DNA of 64,000 nt from a candidate division WOR-3 bacterium (GTDB lineage: Bacteria > Hydrothermota > Tepidihabitantia > Tepidihabitantales > CAIPLT01). Position 1 is the stretch's first letter; each line of letters opens with the position of its first letter. This document shows positions 17,182-27,874 of the stretch, one piece after another. The position numbers were made by a program, and so were the translations under genes. A model generated the notes under the pieces. That model had not been told where the DNA came from, made no database searches, and saw only the letters and a program-made list of their open reading frames with translations. Location: assembly GCA_039801505.1 (NCBI GenBank), contig JBDRUV010000001.1:275681-339680 (forward strand), in the 5' to 3' direction.

Positions 17182-20100
17182 TTAATCCTTCCGTGTTTTA
17201 AATTTTTCAAAAGTTGTATAGAGAGTTGGTATAAAAATTAAAGTCAAGAATGTAGATACAACCAATCCGCCAATTACAGCCCGTCCCAGTGGTGACCACA
17301 ACTCCGAGCCTTCCCCAATTTTTAATGCTAAGGGCAAAAGCCCAAAAATTGTTGTTAATGCGGTCATAAGAATTGGACGTAACCGGACTTTACCAGCATA
17401 AATTACTGCTTCTTCTAATGGCAGGTTCTTTTTTTCTTGAAGTTGTTTTGAGTAATCTATATAGACAATGCCGTTGTTGACAACGATACCCACCAAAACC
17501 AAAACACCGATTCCGGAGATAATCGAGAGGCTGGTTTTAGTTATAAACAACATCCAAATGACGCCAATAATTGCCAACGGTATCGTGAATAAAATTACAA
17601 ACGGATCTCGTAATGACTCAAATTGCGAGGCCATGACCATATAAACTAAGATGATTGCCACAAACACGGCAAAAGCAATATCTTTAAACGCATTTGTCAT
17701 TTGTTCATAAGCACCACTTACTTTAATATCAAAACCTGGTGGCATTTTGAGGTTTTTAAGCAGAGAGCTAACTTTCTGGGCTACTTTGCCGGCCGAACCG
17801 GTAGTTATATCGCCGGTAATAGTAATAATTCGTTCATTGTTTTTATGTTCAATATGTAAGGGGGCAAAACCGGTTTTTATTTTAACTAAGTCTTTTAACA
17901 ATACAGGGCCAGCTTGGGTATTAATTGTAGTACTTAATACCTGAGATAACTCTTGACGTTGTGATTTTTTGAGTCTTAATACGATATCAAATTCTTTACC
18001 TTTTAGCCGATAATAAGAAGGTGTCATTCCGGAAAGCTGGGTGCGCAAGATACTTCCGATTTGGTATGGAGTTAACCCGCAATAACTTGCTTTGACGCGA
18101 TCGACTATTAGTTGGATTTCTGGATCGCCATATTCCCACGATGATTTTACCGCTGTAACTTCTGGTATCGATTTCAACAATCCGAGTATCTGATTATTTA
18201 GTGATTCGGCAACTTGCAGATCATGGCCAATGATTTCGATTTGAATTGGGGCTCCCGCAAACATTCTTGTAAAACCACCGCGTGTCAACGAACGAATACC
18301 GAGTCCGGGTATTTCATTTATTTTAGCATTAATATCAGAAATTATCAGTGGAAGTTTATGCCGCGCCTCTTTTTTTAGAATGATATTTAACTCGCAAAAA
18401 TTCGAGCCCGCTTCGCCAAAGATTTGTTGGTATATAGAAGTTGCTTCACCAACTTGAACACTAAAATTAGATAAATCCTTTTGCCACCGGCTCAGGATAT
18501 GGTCTTCGAGCTTTAAGATTGCTTCATTTGTTTTATCCAGACTTGTTCCTTTGGGCATCTCTAAGCTGATCTCTAAAAAGCGAACCTGTTGTTCAGGCAT
18601 AAATTCTGTGCCTAAAAATGGGAGTATTGCCAAAGTGATTAAAAAAAGGCCTAAAGTTCCACCAATAATTACCTTTCGATGGTTAAGTGCCCAACGAATA
18701 CTTTTGTCATAAAAACTCTCTAAGTTTCTGTATATTCGTTCCGAGAACCCATAAGCTCCTCTTTTGGTATTAATTGGCTGAAGTCTTAAAAACTTACTAG
18801 TTAGCATTGGAGTAAGAGTTAAGGCAATTCCTAATGATACTGAAAGGGAGAAAATGACCGCCCAAGATAATTCTGTGAACATTATTTTTAGAAAACCTCG
18901 GATTAGGAGCAACGGGAAAAATACCGCTAAAGTTGTAAGAGTCGATGCGGTGATCGCGGTCGCAACTTCACTAGTACCAATCTCTGCGGCTTCAAGTGGA
19001 GATATTCCAGCTTCTCGGTGCCGGTAGATACTTTCGAAAACAACTATAGCGTTATCAACAACCATACCAATAGCAATTGCTAAGCCGGCCATTGAGAGAA
19101 TATTTATCGTGAAACCACAAATGTACATCAAAAAGAGCGCGAAAAAGATAGAAGTTGGGATCGCGAAGGCAACAAATAATGTAGGTCGAAAACGTCTTAA
19201 GAACACAAAGAGAATAAAAATTGCTAAAAGTCCCCCAAGAATCAAATTGGTTATTACATTTCGGACCGAGCGTCTAATCGACTCCGAACTGTCCCAGAAA
19301 ATTTCGAGATTAACTGAAGGCGGCAAGGTGGTATTGATTTTAGCTACCTCTTTTTTTACTAGATTAGCCACCGCAATGGTATTGGCGTCGGGTCGTTTCT
19401 GAACCCACATAAAGATTGCATCTTCTTTATTAGCTCGGACATAATTTTTCTGTTCTTCACTTCCCCAACTTATTTCGGCAATATCTTTAAGAAAAATTGG
19501 TTGGGCTGTAGTTCTACCCACGATGATGTTTTTGATTTGTTCTAAGTCTTGATATTGTCCAATAAGTCTTATAAGATATTTCTGGTTTTGGGTGGTTATC
19601 GCACCAATCGGAAAATTAATGTTTTGAGCTTTAAGTGCCAACGCAATTTGATCAAAATTTATACCCTTTTTGGTAATTTCCGCTAAATCCAAATTAACTT
19701 GAACTTGTTTGGTTAGTCCTCCCGAGACTCCAACCGCAGCTACTCCATTGAGTCGCTGCAACTGTATGACAACATCATCAGCCAGTTCTTGTAATTCGGT
19801 AGGGGCAAGTTTGCCGCGCAGTATTAGGTTTACTACGGGGATCATTGAGGCGCTGAATTTTAACACGAACGGCTTTTGGGCCTCTTGAGGCAAAAAGGTC
19901 TCGACCATATTAAGTTTATCTCGTATGTCACTAGCCACCGCATCAAGATTACTGCCCCATTCAAGTTCTAATGTAATTACCGAGATTCCCTCAGAACTTC
20001 GTGAAGTAATATTTTTTAAGTTGCTTACAGTTCCTAATTGTTTTTCTAGTGGGTTTGTGATCTCGCTTTCTACTTCTTCGGGTCCGGCGCCCGGATAAAC

Positions 20101-20247
20101 CGTAGCTACCACAATGGTTGGTAATGTTACCTTCGGGAAAATATCAACCTGCATTCGGGGAATACTGATAATGCCGAAAAGCACCAGACCTAAGGCAATC
20201 ATTATTGTGGTAATCGGGTGATAAATTGCTGATCGAGAGATCCTCAT
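17182..20247 (-). CDS. RND efflux pump permease (HAE1/AcrB family)
   Basis: 1021 aa, 12 TM helices with two large periplasmic loops, AcrB-like motifs. Confidence 0.9.
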   Translation of the reverse strand: MRISRSAIYHPITTIMIALGLVLFGIISIPRMQVDIFPKVTLPTIVVATVYPGAGPEEVESEITNPLEKQLGTVSNLKNITSRSSEGISVITLELEWGSNLDAVASDIRDKLNMVETFLPQEAQKPFVLKFSASMIPVVNLILRGKLAPTELQELADDVVIQLQRLNGVAAVGVSGGLTKQVQVNLDLAEITKKGINFDQIALALKAQNINFPIGAITTQNQKYLIRLIGQYQDLEQIKNIIVGRTTAQPIFLKDIAEISWGSEEQKNYVRANKEDAIFMWVQKRPDANTIAVANLVKKEVAKINTTLPPSVNLEIFWDSSESIRRSVRNVITNLILGGLLAIFILFVFLRRFRPTLFVAFAIPTSIFFALFLMYICGFTINILSMAGLAIAIGMVVDNAIVVFESIYRHREAGISPLEAAEIGTSEVATAITASTLTTLAVFFPLLLIRGFLKIMFTELSWAVIFSLSVSLGIALTLTPMLTSKFLRLQPINTKRGAYGFSERIYRNLESFYDKSIRWALNHRKVIIGGTLGLFLITLAILPFLGTEFMPEQQVRFLEISLEMPKGTSLDKTNEAILKLEDHILSRWQKDLSNFSVQVGEATSIYQQIFGEAGSNFCELNIILKKEARHKLPLIISDINAKINEIPGLGIRSLTRGGFTRMFAGAPIQIEIIGHDLQVAESLNNQILGLLKSIPEVTAVKSSWEYGDPEIQLIVDRVKASYCGLTPYQIGSILRTQLSGMTPSYYRLKGKEFDIVLRLKKSQRQELSQVLSTTINTQAGPVLLKDLVKIKTGFAPLHIEHKNNERIITITGDITTGSAGKVAQKVSSLLKNLKMPPGFDIKVSGAYEQMTNAFKDIAFAVFVAIILVYMVMASQFESLRDPFVILFTIPLAIIGVIWMLFITKTSLSIISGIGVLVLVGIVVNNGIVYIDYSKQLQEKKNLPLEEAVIYAGKVRLRPILMTALTTIFGLLPLALKIGEGSELWSPLGRAVIGGLVVSTFLTLIFIPTLYTTFEKFKTRKD

Positions 20248-21137
20248 TGGTTCACCTCAATGATATTTAGACTATCACCCTCAGCAATTCGTTCTTTACC
20301 GGTCGTAATAACCTTTTCTTCGATGTTAAGGCCTGTTTTTATTTCTGCCCACTGGTCGCCAATTATACCTAAAGTGATGAGCTTGCGCCGAGCGCGAAAA
20401 TCGTGAGCAACAGTTAAGACCGAAGCAGTATCAGTAGTTAACGAAGTATTAGTAAGTAATGCACTTAGGGGCACAGCTAAAATATTTTCTTTTTTGTCTA
20501 AATAGAGCCTAACTTCACAGGCCATTCCGGGGATTAGTTTACGTTCTAAATTTGGCACAAAAATTTCCACGGCAGCCGAACCTAAAATTGGGTCAAGGAC
20601 CGCTGAAATATTAATAACTCGGCCTTCAAACTGAAGACCAGGAAGATTTGTAGTTGTAATGACTGCTTTGGCATCCTTGTTTAGGTACCTAAGGTCAACC
20701 TCAGAAATCGGTGCTTTTACTCTAACTCGTTCCGAATATTTACTTACTAAGGCCACTGGGGTAGCTTGCGTGACCGTCTGCCCTAAGTCAACATATATTT
20801 TACCGACAATCCCGGTGATAGGCGAAAGCACAGGTGATGGCTGATAATCCATACCTGGAATATCATTTAACACATAAAGCACGGTGTCATTTTGATTAAC
20901 TATTGAGCCTTCTGGTTTTAAGATTTTTATGACTCGACCGACAACTTTTGGGGTCAAGACTACCTGTTCTTCGCCATATATCGTGCCGTAGAGGATTGCG
21001 GTGCGATATACTGTGCGCGGAGTAATTTTTACTACTTCCACCGTAGGAACCTTTTTTAAAGAGCCGGCTTTCTTTTCAGCTCGACATCCCAATATAATTA
21101 CTAATATTATCAAGACAGCTTTTATATATTTTGTCAT
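20244..21137 (-). CDS. RND efflux membrane-fusion (periplasmic adaptor) protein
   Basis: Lipoprotein signal (ILGC), biotinyl/lipoyl-like hairpin and beta-barrel domains; 4-bp overlap with the RND permease gene. Confidence 0.8.
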   Translation of the reverse strand: MTKYIKAVLIILVIILGCRAEKKAGSLKKVPTVEVVKITPRTVYRTAILYGTIYGEEQVVLTPKVVGRVIKILKPEGSIVNQNDTVLYVLNDIPGMDYQPSPVLSPITGIVGKIYVDLGQTVTQATPVALVSKYSERVRVKAPISEVDLRYLNKDAKAVITTTNLPGLQFEGRVINISAVLDPILGSAAVEIFVPNLERKLIPGMACEVRLYLDKKENILAVPLSALLTNTSLTTDTASVLTVAHDFRARRKLITLGIIGDQWAEIKTGLNIEEKVITTGKERIAEGDSLNIIEVNQ

Positions 21138-21146
21138 AACTACTCC

Positions 21147-22541
21147 TTATTTTCCCATGACGTTTAATAATTTCTTTTGAGCCACAAGACAATTAATTGT
21201 GGCGTTAAGTTTTTCAAACTGTGCCTGTTGGAGTTGCAATTGGGTGCTAATGTATTCTAAATTCGTAATTAGGCCATTGGCATATCTGGTAGTTGCCAGC
21301 TCTAACGCCCGCTGAGCTTTTTTTAGATTTTCTTCTTGCATTTTCAGCACTTCTAACTCATTTTGTAAAGTTCGATAGGTGGTTTTAACTTCAAGGCTTA
21401 TCTGCTCTTCGAGCATCACCAAACTGAGTTGGCTCTGTTTTAGTTCATGTTCGCTTTTTTTTATCTTATAGTAATCAGCCCCACCTAGCGAGAGTGCCAT
21501 CTGACCGCCCAAGGTAATATTATAATCACTGCCCCAGTTATTGCCCGTAAAGCCATAAGGTTTTTTGTAATCATAATTAAAATTTGCAAACAGATTCGGC
21601 AGGGTTAAAGTCTTAGAGATTGCCTTTGACTTTTTAAGAATTTCTATAGTAGTTCGTAAGTTTTTAAGTTCGCTGCGATTTTGTAATGCGGTATTAATTG
21701 CTTCGTGAAGCGAAATTGTCTCGGGTTTAAACTCAATGTCTTCAGTTAATACAATTGGTGTTTCATCGGGAATACCGATTAAATTTTTTAAGAAACTATA
21801 AGCAAGTTCACACGAGCTTTGTGAGCGTAACAGTTGGGTCCTAAGATTCGCTAAAGCGACTTGGGCTTGCAATAAGTCTAATTCACTGGCTAAGCCATTG
21901 CGGTACAAGTTTTCCACTTGGTGAAGATGTTTTTCCATTTGGCTATACGATTCTGAGATTAATTCTAACCCTTTTTGAGCCAAAATCGTCTGATAATAAC
22001 TTTGAGTCACCTGAAACTTTAGGTTGCGTTCTTGTTGACGATAATTTTCCTGCTCGATCTCGAAAAATGCCCGAGCAATTTGATAATTATTGAACAGTTT
22101 ACCCCAGCTAAATAAGGTTTGACTAATTGAGGTCCGTAATAGATAATTATCTTGTTTAGTCATCTCTAAAGTATCAACGGATGCTCCAATAATCGTTGGA
22201 ATGCTTTCGGTAAAACCCAATAGATTACCAGTCAAGTCGTATACCGGGAAACGGATTTTGCCATAAATCGGCATAGTCAAAGGAAACCCTTGAGTTTTCG
22301 AGAGCCGCGTATAAGTTGCCGAGAGATTAGCCTGAGGTAAAAACGATGCTCGGGCAATATCTTTTTCGGCCGCTTTGGCTTTGACCTTTTCTAAGCTGAT
22401 TTTTAAGGTTTTATTGTTATTGACAGCCAGGGTAAGGGCATCATCTAATTTAAGATACAAGGTCTCTTGCTCGCTGAATAAGAGCTCACCATATCCAACC
22501 CCGACAGCTAAGGCTAATAACATTATAAAAAATTTTTTCAT
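21147..22541 (-). CDS. TolC-like outer membrane efflux protein
   Basis: Signal peptide; two repeated coiled-coil/beta-barrel halves typical of the OMF family; operon position. Confidence 0.8.
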   Translation of the reverse strand: MKKFFIMLLALAVGVGYGELLFSEQETLYLKLDDALTLAVNNNKTLKISLEKVKAKAAEKDIARASFLPQANLSATYTRLSKTQGFPLTMPIYGKIRFPVYDLTGNLLGFTESIPTIIGASVDTLEMTKQDNYLLRTSISQTLFSWGKLFNNYQIARAFFEIEQENYRQQERNLKFQVTQSYYQTILAQKGLELISESYSQMEKHLHQVENLYRNGLASELDLLQAQVALANLRTQLLRSQSSCELAYSFLKNLIGIPDETPIVLTEDIEFKPETISLHEAINTALQNRSELKNLRTTIEILKKSKAISKTLTLPNLFANFNYDYKKPYGFTGNNWGSDYNITLGGQMALSLGGADYYKIKKSEHELKQSQLSLVMLEEQISLEVKTTYRTLQNELEVLKMQEENLKKAQRALELATTRYANGLITNLEYISTQLQLQQAQFEKLNATINCLVAQKKLLNVMGK

Positions 22542-23149
22542 TGTCCACCCCGCGGTTTTAAGATCTCAAAAAATAATTCTTTTAAGGATTTACTACTATA
22601 TTGGTAATTATGGGGATAAAACTTTAGTAAGGAGAGGCTGCGAATTGTACTCATAAAAAGCAATGCCAGAAGCTTCGGATCCAATTGGCGAAACTCCTGG
22701 TTTTTTATCCCCTGGTTTATAATCTCAGTAATGATTTTTATAATTCTTTTAAGCTCTGGTTTGACTTTTTGTTCAAATTCTTTCATCACCGCCTGCGAAA
22801 TCGTAATAACCTTTTCTGATGAAGTAGAAAACAAGGTGTTCTGCTGCGAGTTAAACATTCCTCGGGCCAGACAATCAAAGATTTTACGCAATTTAGCTTC
22901 GCTGGTAAGATTCTCTCGACTGATTTCTAAAAGCCGCGTTTTGACCTCAGCAAGTTTTTTGGCCAGAAGACCAATAAAGATACTGGGCTTATCCGGAAAA
23001 TAAAGATAAATGGTGCCTTTAGCAATCTGAGCTTTTTGGGCAATCTCATCGATCGTGGCCTTGAAAAATCCCTTTTGGGTAAACACAACCTCGGCCGCCT
23101 CTAAAATCTTTTGCCGCTTGGCTGCTTCCAAGGAATTTTCTTTGTTCAT
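22538..23149 (-). CDS. TetR/AcrR-family transcriptional repressor of the efflux operon
   Basis: N-terminal HTH TIDEIAQKAQIAKGTIYLYF; sits at the 5' end of the tetR-omf-mfp-rnd-usp operon. Confidence 0.85.
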   Translation of the reverse strand: MNKENSLEAAKRQKILEAAEVVFTQKGFFKATIDEIAQKAQIAKGTIYLYFPDKPSIFIGLLAKKLAEVKTRLLEISRENLTSEAKLRKIFDCLARGMFNSQQNTLFSTSSEKVITISQAVMKEFEQKVKPELKRIIKIITEIINQGIKNQEFRQLDPKLLALLFMSTIRSLSLLKFYPHNYQYSSKSLKELFFEILKPRGGQ

Positions 23150-23164
23150 AGCAAACTCTGTATG

Positions 23165-23184
23165 CTGACTGACTGGTCAGTCAG
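23165..23184 (-). promoter_or_regulatory. Perfect inverted repeat CTGACTGAC-TG-GTCAGTCAG, 16 nt upstream of the tetR start codon; probable TetR operator
   Basis: 9-bp arms that are perfectly complementary, positioned over the expected tetR promoter. Confidence 0.45.
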
Positions 23185-23229
23185 TATTAGTTATTATACT
23201 ATAGCTTGAACTAGCTGTCAAGAAGATCT

Positions 23230-24072
23230 TTATCCGGCTAATAGGTCCTGAAGAATCTTTTTTGTCTGTTTAGGGAGTGTGGCTAGTTTAATGGTTTCGC
23301 GGCCCAAAACCCGGTAGAGTGGTAAAAGTTCTGGGGCTTTTTTCTTAAGGGTTTTGAGGTGAGCTTGGATGGTTGCAATATCACCCCGTTCTATGGGTCC
23401 ACTTAAGGCATTTTTAAGGCCCAGATTTTTGATATTGTCCCAGGTGCTTAAAACTAAAGGTTCAAGTAGTCTAAAAAGTTTTTTTTCCGGCAACCGGATT
23501 TTCTGGCCTAAGATTTTCACTGCACCCATTAAGCTTACTAAATAGTTTGAAGCGATAACTAATAATAGGTGATAAATCGGCTTATCCTTGGGGGAAAGAA
23601 AAATTACGTTAGCCTCAAGGTCGTTAATAAGTTTCAGAATAATTGTTCGCGCCGCCTTAGACCCTTCCAAACTAAAATATATACCCGAAAATGGATTATG
23701 ATCCGTAATAATTTTAGGAAAAGTTTGTATCGGATGAAGACTTATTGGGATTATTTTTCGACCCCGTGGCGGCTTGAGGATATTACTAGCCAGCACGCCA
23801 CTGCAATGGATTACAAGGCTGCCCTTGGTTAATTGAGGCAAGATTTCTTGATAAGCTTCTTTAATATTTTGGTCTTGCGTCGTAATAAAGATTATTTTAG
23901 TCTCCTTAAATGGTAATTCTTTGGGCAGTGGTTTTTTTATGAGTTGATAAAACCTTTTTAATTTTTTCCGATCCCGGTCATAAGCATATACCTGGTAATT
24001 TTTTTGCGCCAGCACATAACCTAAGGTGCTACCCAGCTTGCCGGTGCCGATAATGATTACCCTAGATGCCAT
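23230..24072 (-). CDS. Rossmann-fold NAD(P)-binding oxidoreductase (DUF2520/ProC-like)
   Basis: N-terminal IIIGTGKLGSTLG dinucleotide-binding motif; ~280 aa; family assignment is tentative. Confidence 0.45.
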   Translation of the reverse strand: MASRVIIIGTGKLGSTLGYVLAQKNYQVYAYDRDRKKLKRFYQLIKKPLPKELPFKETKIIFITTQDQNIKEAYQEILPQLTKGSLVIHCSGVLASNILKPPRGRKIIPISLHPIQTFPKIITDHNPFSGIYFSLEGSKAARTIILKLINDLEANVIFLSPKDKPIYHLLLVIASNYLVSLMGAVKILGQKIRLPEKKLFRLLEPLVLSTWDNIKNLGLKNALSGPIERGDIATIQAHLKTLKKKAPELLPLYRVLGRETIKLATLPKQTKKILQDLLAG

Positions 24073-24253
24073 AATTAACTATACTGGAATGTCGCTTATG
24101 GTCAAGAATAAATTGCGGCTAATAGTTTGGTAGTAAAGACAAGCTAAAAAATCTCAAACGCTCCTTTTGATTTTAACTATTAATCAGCGAACTATAAAGC
24201 TTATCTCAAATATTTCAGCGGCACCCTTTATAACTTTTATTAATATCTATTAA

Positions 24254-24288
24254 CCGTATCGGGGACCGCCTAGACACTGTGTACCCCT
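24254..24288 (+). repeat. GC-rich hairpin element, copy C (CCGTATCGGGGACCGCCTAGACACTGTGTACCCC)
   Basis: About 85% identical to the reverse complement of copy D (32225-32262). Lies in a 550-bp divergent intergenic region. Confidence 0.45.
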
Positions 24289-24526
24289 AAGCAGTAGAGT
24301 TTTACTCACCACTTAGAGAGACTCAGGGCTTCCAAAACTATTGATTTCAAAGAACTTACAAAGTCAAAATTCAGAACCCCCACCAATTTTACCCGTTTTT
24401 TGCTTAATAAAATAATTTTTACGCGCAAAATCGGTAGTGGGTTAATATAACATAAGACACTGTTGTTGTCAAGATGCTTAATTGTTATTTATTGATTAAC
24501 AACTAACTGGCTGGTGCTAAATACTC

Positions 24527-24555
24527 TTGACTTTTAGGTAAAATCTCAGTATTAT
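24527..24555 (+). promoter_or_regulatory. sigma70 promoter TTGACT-17-TATTAT upstream of the EF-G-like gene
   Basis: Hexamers at 24527-24532 and 24550-24555. Confidence 0.35.
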
Positions 24556-24626
24556 TAAAACTTATAAAAGTAACCGGCAATACCGGAAAATCTTAAAATT
24601 TCTTAAAGTGTTATGCGGAGGAGAAA

Positions 24627-26714
24627 GTGAAAGCATATCCACCAGAAAAGATTATTAATCTTGGATTTTTTGGGCACGGCGGATGTGGTAAGACAACCTT
24701 AGGTGAGGGTATCTTGTATATCCTGAAAGAGAATACCAGAATTGGCCGTGTTGATGAGGGAAGTTCTATTTTCAATTATGATGAAGACGAAATTACCCGA
24801 AAAATTAGTATCAATTTGGCACTAGGTTATGGTGACTATCAGGGATATTACTTTAATCTTGTGGATACGCCAGGTTATCAGGATTTTATTGGTGAGGTGC
24901 TATCCGGGATACGGGCTGTTGATGCTGCGGTGTTGGTAATTGACGGCACCGCCGGTATTGAGGTCGGTACCGAAATTGTCTGGCGGCAGTTAAATCAGGA
25001 AGAATTGCCCCGGGTTATCTTTATCAACAAACTGAAAAAAGAGCACGCGGACTTTTATAAGGTTTTAGATGAGATTATTGCTGAATGGGGTAGTGGGGTT
25101 TGCCCATTATATTTACCGATCGGCCGAGAAGCCAATTTTGAAGGTGTCTATTCGATCATCGAAAATAAAGCCTACCGGTATAAAAATGGCACGCGGGAAG
25201 AAATTACTCCAAGTCCAGAATTACAAGAGCGGGCCCGAAGTTATAAAGAAAAGATTATTGAAGCAGCCTGCGAGGTCTCAGAAGAGATAATGGAGAAATA
25301 TTTAGAGGGCCAGGAAGTCAGTTTTGAAGAATTAGCCGTAGCCATTAAAGAAGGCATTAAGGCCCATAAAATCTTCCCGGTGCTTTGCGGTGATGCCTAT
25401 GAGCTAATCGGTCTCTATGAGCTATTAGACTTTGCGACCAAGACTTTATCTGGCTTGGCCGTAACGAGAAAACTTAAGGCGATAAATCTTAAAACCAAGG
25501 AAACCGAAGAAATTACGCCATCAGCTAATGGGCCGACTATTGTATTTGTTTTCAAGACAGTTTCTGAACCGCATATTGGCGATATGAACTATGTTCGGGT
25601 GTTTTCAGGAGTCTTAGAGGCCGGTAAAACGATGATTAATGCCACTACAGAACGCGAAGAAAAGATCAATCAGATATATTACATAAAGGGTAAAGAACGG
25701 ACCGAAACCAATAAATTACAAATTGGCGAGATTGGCGCCTTAGTCAAACTAAAACAGACCAGAACCTCGGATACTTTAACCACCCCAGAGGCACCGTATA
25801 AGTTAGAGCCGATTAAATTCCCCGAGCCTTCAATCTCAATTGCCATTGTGCCGAAAACCAAAGGCGACGAAGAAAAAGTCTCTAATGGTTTAGCCCGGCT
25901 GCACGAAGAGGATCCAACATTTACTTATTATTATGACAATGAACTAAAACAACAGATCATTTCGGGTTTAGGCGAGCTTCATTTAGACATTATTATCGGT
26001 CGACTCAAGCGAAAGTTTGATGTCTCGGTTGACTTAGAAAAGCCCAAAATTCCCTATCGCGAGACAATTGTTAAGAAAGCCGAAGCCCAAGGTAAATACA
26101 AGAAACAGACTGGTGGTCGTGGTCAATATGGCGATGTTTGGCTACGGATCGAACCGAAAGAGCGCGGTTCCGGATTCGAATTTGCCGAAGAGATTTTCGG
26201 TGGTGCCGTGCCAGCTAAATATTTTCCGTCCGTAGAAAAAGGAGTAGTGGAGACAATGGCTAATGGCGTGTTGGCCGGTTATCCGGTGGTTGATGTCAAA
26301 GTTACTCTCTTTGATGGATCTTACCACGAAGTCGACTCCTCAGATATTGCTTTTAAGATCGCAGCCTCGATGGCCTTTAAAGCTGCCTGCGAGAAGGCCG
26401 GCATGGTAATTTTAGAGCCGATTTATGATGTGGAAGTTCGGGTGCCCGAGCAGTATACCGGGGATATTATGGGTGATCTCAATGCTCGTCGGGGTAAAAT
26501 TTTAGGTATTGAAGCTGAGGGTAAATTACAAGTTATTAAAGCTAAAGTCCCACTAGCTGAGATGTATAAATATTCTAACACCTTACGGTCAATTACTCAG
26601 GGGCGAGGGTATTTTACAATGCGTTTTTCCCATTATGAAGAAGCACCAAGAGAGCTCCAAGCCAAGATTATTGAAGAAGCCAAACGTCAGAAAGAATCCC
26701 AGGAGAACAAGTAA
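24627..26714 (+). CDS. Elongation factor G family GTPase (divergent EF-G paralog, EF-G2-like)
   Basis: All five EF-G domains present. G1 is GFFGHGGCGKTT (valid P-loop, but not the canonical AHIDAGKTT). G3 is DTPGYQDF. GTG start after GGAGGA. Confidence 0.8.
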   Translation: MKAYPPEKIINLGFFGHGGCGKTTLGEGILYILKENTRIGRVDEGSSIFNYDEDEITRKISINLALGYGDYQGYYFNLVDTPGYQDFIGEVLSGIRAVDAAVLVIDGTAGIEVGTEIVWRQLNQEELPRVIFINKLKKEHADFYKVLDEIIAEWGSGVCPLYLPIGREANFEGVYSIIENKAYRYKNGTREEITPSPELQERARSYKEKIIEAACEVSEEIMEKYLEGQEVSFEELAVAIKEGIKAHKIFPVLCGDAYELIGLYELLDFATKTLSGLAVTRKLKAINLKTKETEEITPSANGPTIVFVFKTVSEPHIGDMNYVRVFSGVLEAGKTMINATTEREEKINQIYYIKGKERTETNKLQIGEIGALVKLKQTRTSDTLTTPEAPYKLEPIKFPEPSISIAIVPKTKGDEEKVSNGLARLHEEDPTFTYYYDNELKQQIISGLGELHLDIIIGRLKRKFDVSVDLEKPKIPYRETIVKKAEAQGKYKKQTGGRGQYGDVWLRIEPKERGSGFEFAEEIFGGAVPAKYFPSVEKGVVETMANGVLAGYPVVDVKVTLFDGSYHEVDSSDIAFKIAASMAFKAACEKAGMVILEPIYDVEVRVPEQYTGDIMGDLNARRGKILGIEAEGKLQVIKAKVPLAEMYKYSNTLRSITQGRGYFTMRFSHYEEAPRELQAKIIEEAKRQKESQENK

Positions 26715-26758
26715 GTATTTAGCAAAACATTGTTGATAAACCGCTGGAACATATTCTC

Positions 26759-27850
26759 ATGAACGGCCATATACAATCAGCTGACGAACTTTATATGCGT
26801 TACGCCCTAGCGTTAGCTGAACAAGCACGAGGGTTTACTTCACCTAATCCCTTGGTGGGAGCTGTTATTGTTAAAGACCAGAAAATTATCGGCGAAGGCC
26901 ATCACCAGTATTTTGGGGGTCCTCATGCGGAAATCAATGCTTTACATAATGCCCAGGGAGATGTCCGCGGGGCAACAATGTATGTAACATTAGAGCCGTG
27001 CGCCTTCACGAACAAGAAGACCCCGCCATGTGCGCCGGCTCTAATTGCAGCTGGACTTAAAAGAGTAGTCATCGGTTCAGTAGATCCTAATCCCCAAAAT
27101 ACCAATAAAGGAATTGCTGAGTTGACAAAAGCGGGAATTGAAGTCACAGTCGGGGTATTGGCTGAGGAAGTTAAAAGACAAAACGAAGTTTATTTTAAAT
27201 ACATCAAAGAAAAACTTCCCTTAGTGACATTAAAACTTGCTTTAACTCTTGACGGCAAAATTGCCACAAAAAAGGGTATATCCCAATGGATAACTTCCAA
27301 AACTAGTCGGGACTATGTTCAATTATTACGTAGAGCAGCTGATGCCGTTTTAGTTGGTATTAGAACAGTTCTTAAGGATAATCCACGTCTTACCTGCCGA
27401 ATAGCACCAAAGAAGAAACTGTGGCGAGTTATTTTAGACTCCGAGCTTAAAATTCCCCCTAATGCCCGTGTTTTTAATAAAAAAGATCCAGCACTAATAT
27501 TTGTGAATAAAAAGAAACTTAAACGAATATTTAAAAAACTACCAGCCGAAATTGTTCCGGTATCTGCACACGGCTCAGAACTTGACTGGCCAGAAATTTT
27601 GTCCGAACTCTCAAAACGCAACATTGCTTCCGTACTAATTGAAGGTGGTGCCCAAGTTGCCAGTTCATCGCTTAAAAATAAAATTGTCGATAAAGTTTAC
27701 TTCTTTTATGCCACTAAAATTTTAGGCCCAGGGCTCGGATTCAGTGACTACCTTAAAAGCAGTAATCTTTTATCCGCCATAGTAATAAATGAATATTCTG
27801 TTGTCCGGTGCGATACCGATTTTATTATTCAGGGAACCGTTGACAAATAG
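26759..27850 (+). CDS. ribD: Bifunctional riboflavin biosynthesis protein RibD (pyrimidine deaminase/reductase)
   Basis: CMP/dCMP deaminase zinc motifs HAE...PCxxC (TLEPC) plus a C-terminal RibG reductase domain. Confidence 0.9.
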   Translation: MNGHIQSADELYMRYALALAEQARGFTSPNPLVGAVIVKDQKIIGEGHHQYFGGPHAEINALHNAQGDVRGATMYVTLEPCAFTNKKTPPCAPALIAAGLKRVVIGSVDPNPQNTNKGIAELTKAGIEVTVGVLAEEVKRQNEVYFKYIKEKLPLVTLKLALTLDGKIATKKGISQWITSKTSRDYVQLLRRAADAVLVGIRTVLKDNPRLTCRIAPKKKLWRVILDSELKIPPNARVFNKKDPALIFVNKKKLKRIFKKLPAEIVPVSAHGSELDWPEILSELSKRNIASVLIEGGAQVASSSLKNKIVDKVYFFYATKILGPGLGFSDYLKSSNLLSAIVINEYSVVRCDTDFIIQGTVDK

Positions 27851-27874
27851 ATAATCAGCAGTTTTAATATTATT

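Noticed and set aside
24073-24626. FMN riboswitch controlling ribD-ribE
   Set aside because: Only 44 bp separate the EF-G-like gene from ribD, and the 550-bp region upstream of the EF-G-like gene lacks the conserved RFN core words (for example GGATGGGAGAAGG, CCGACAGTGAAAG).
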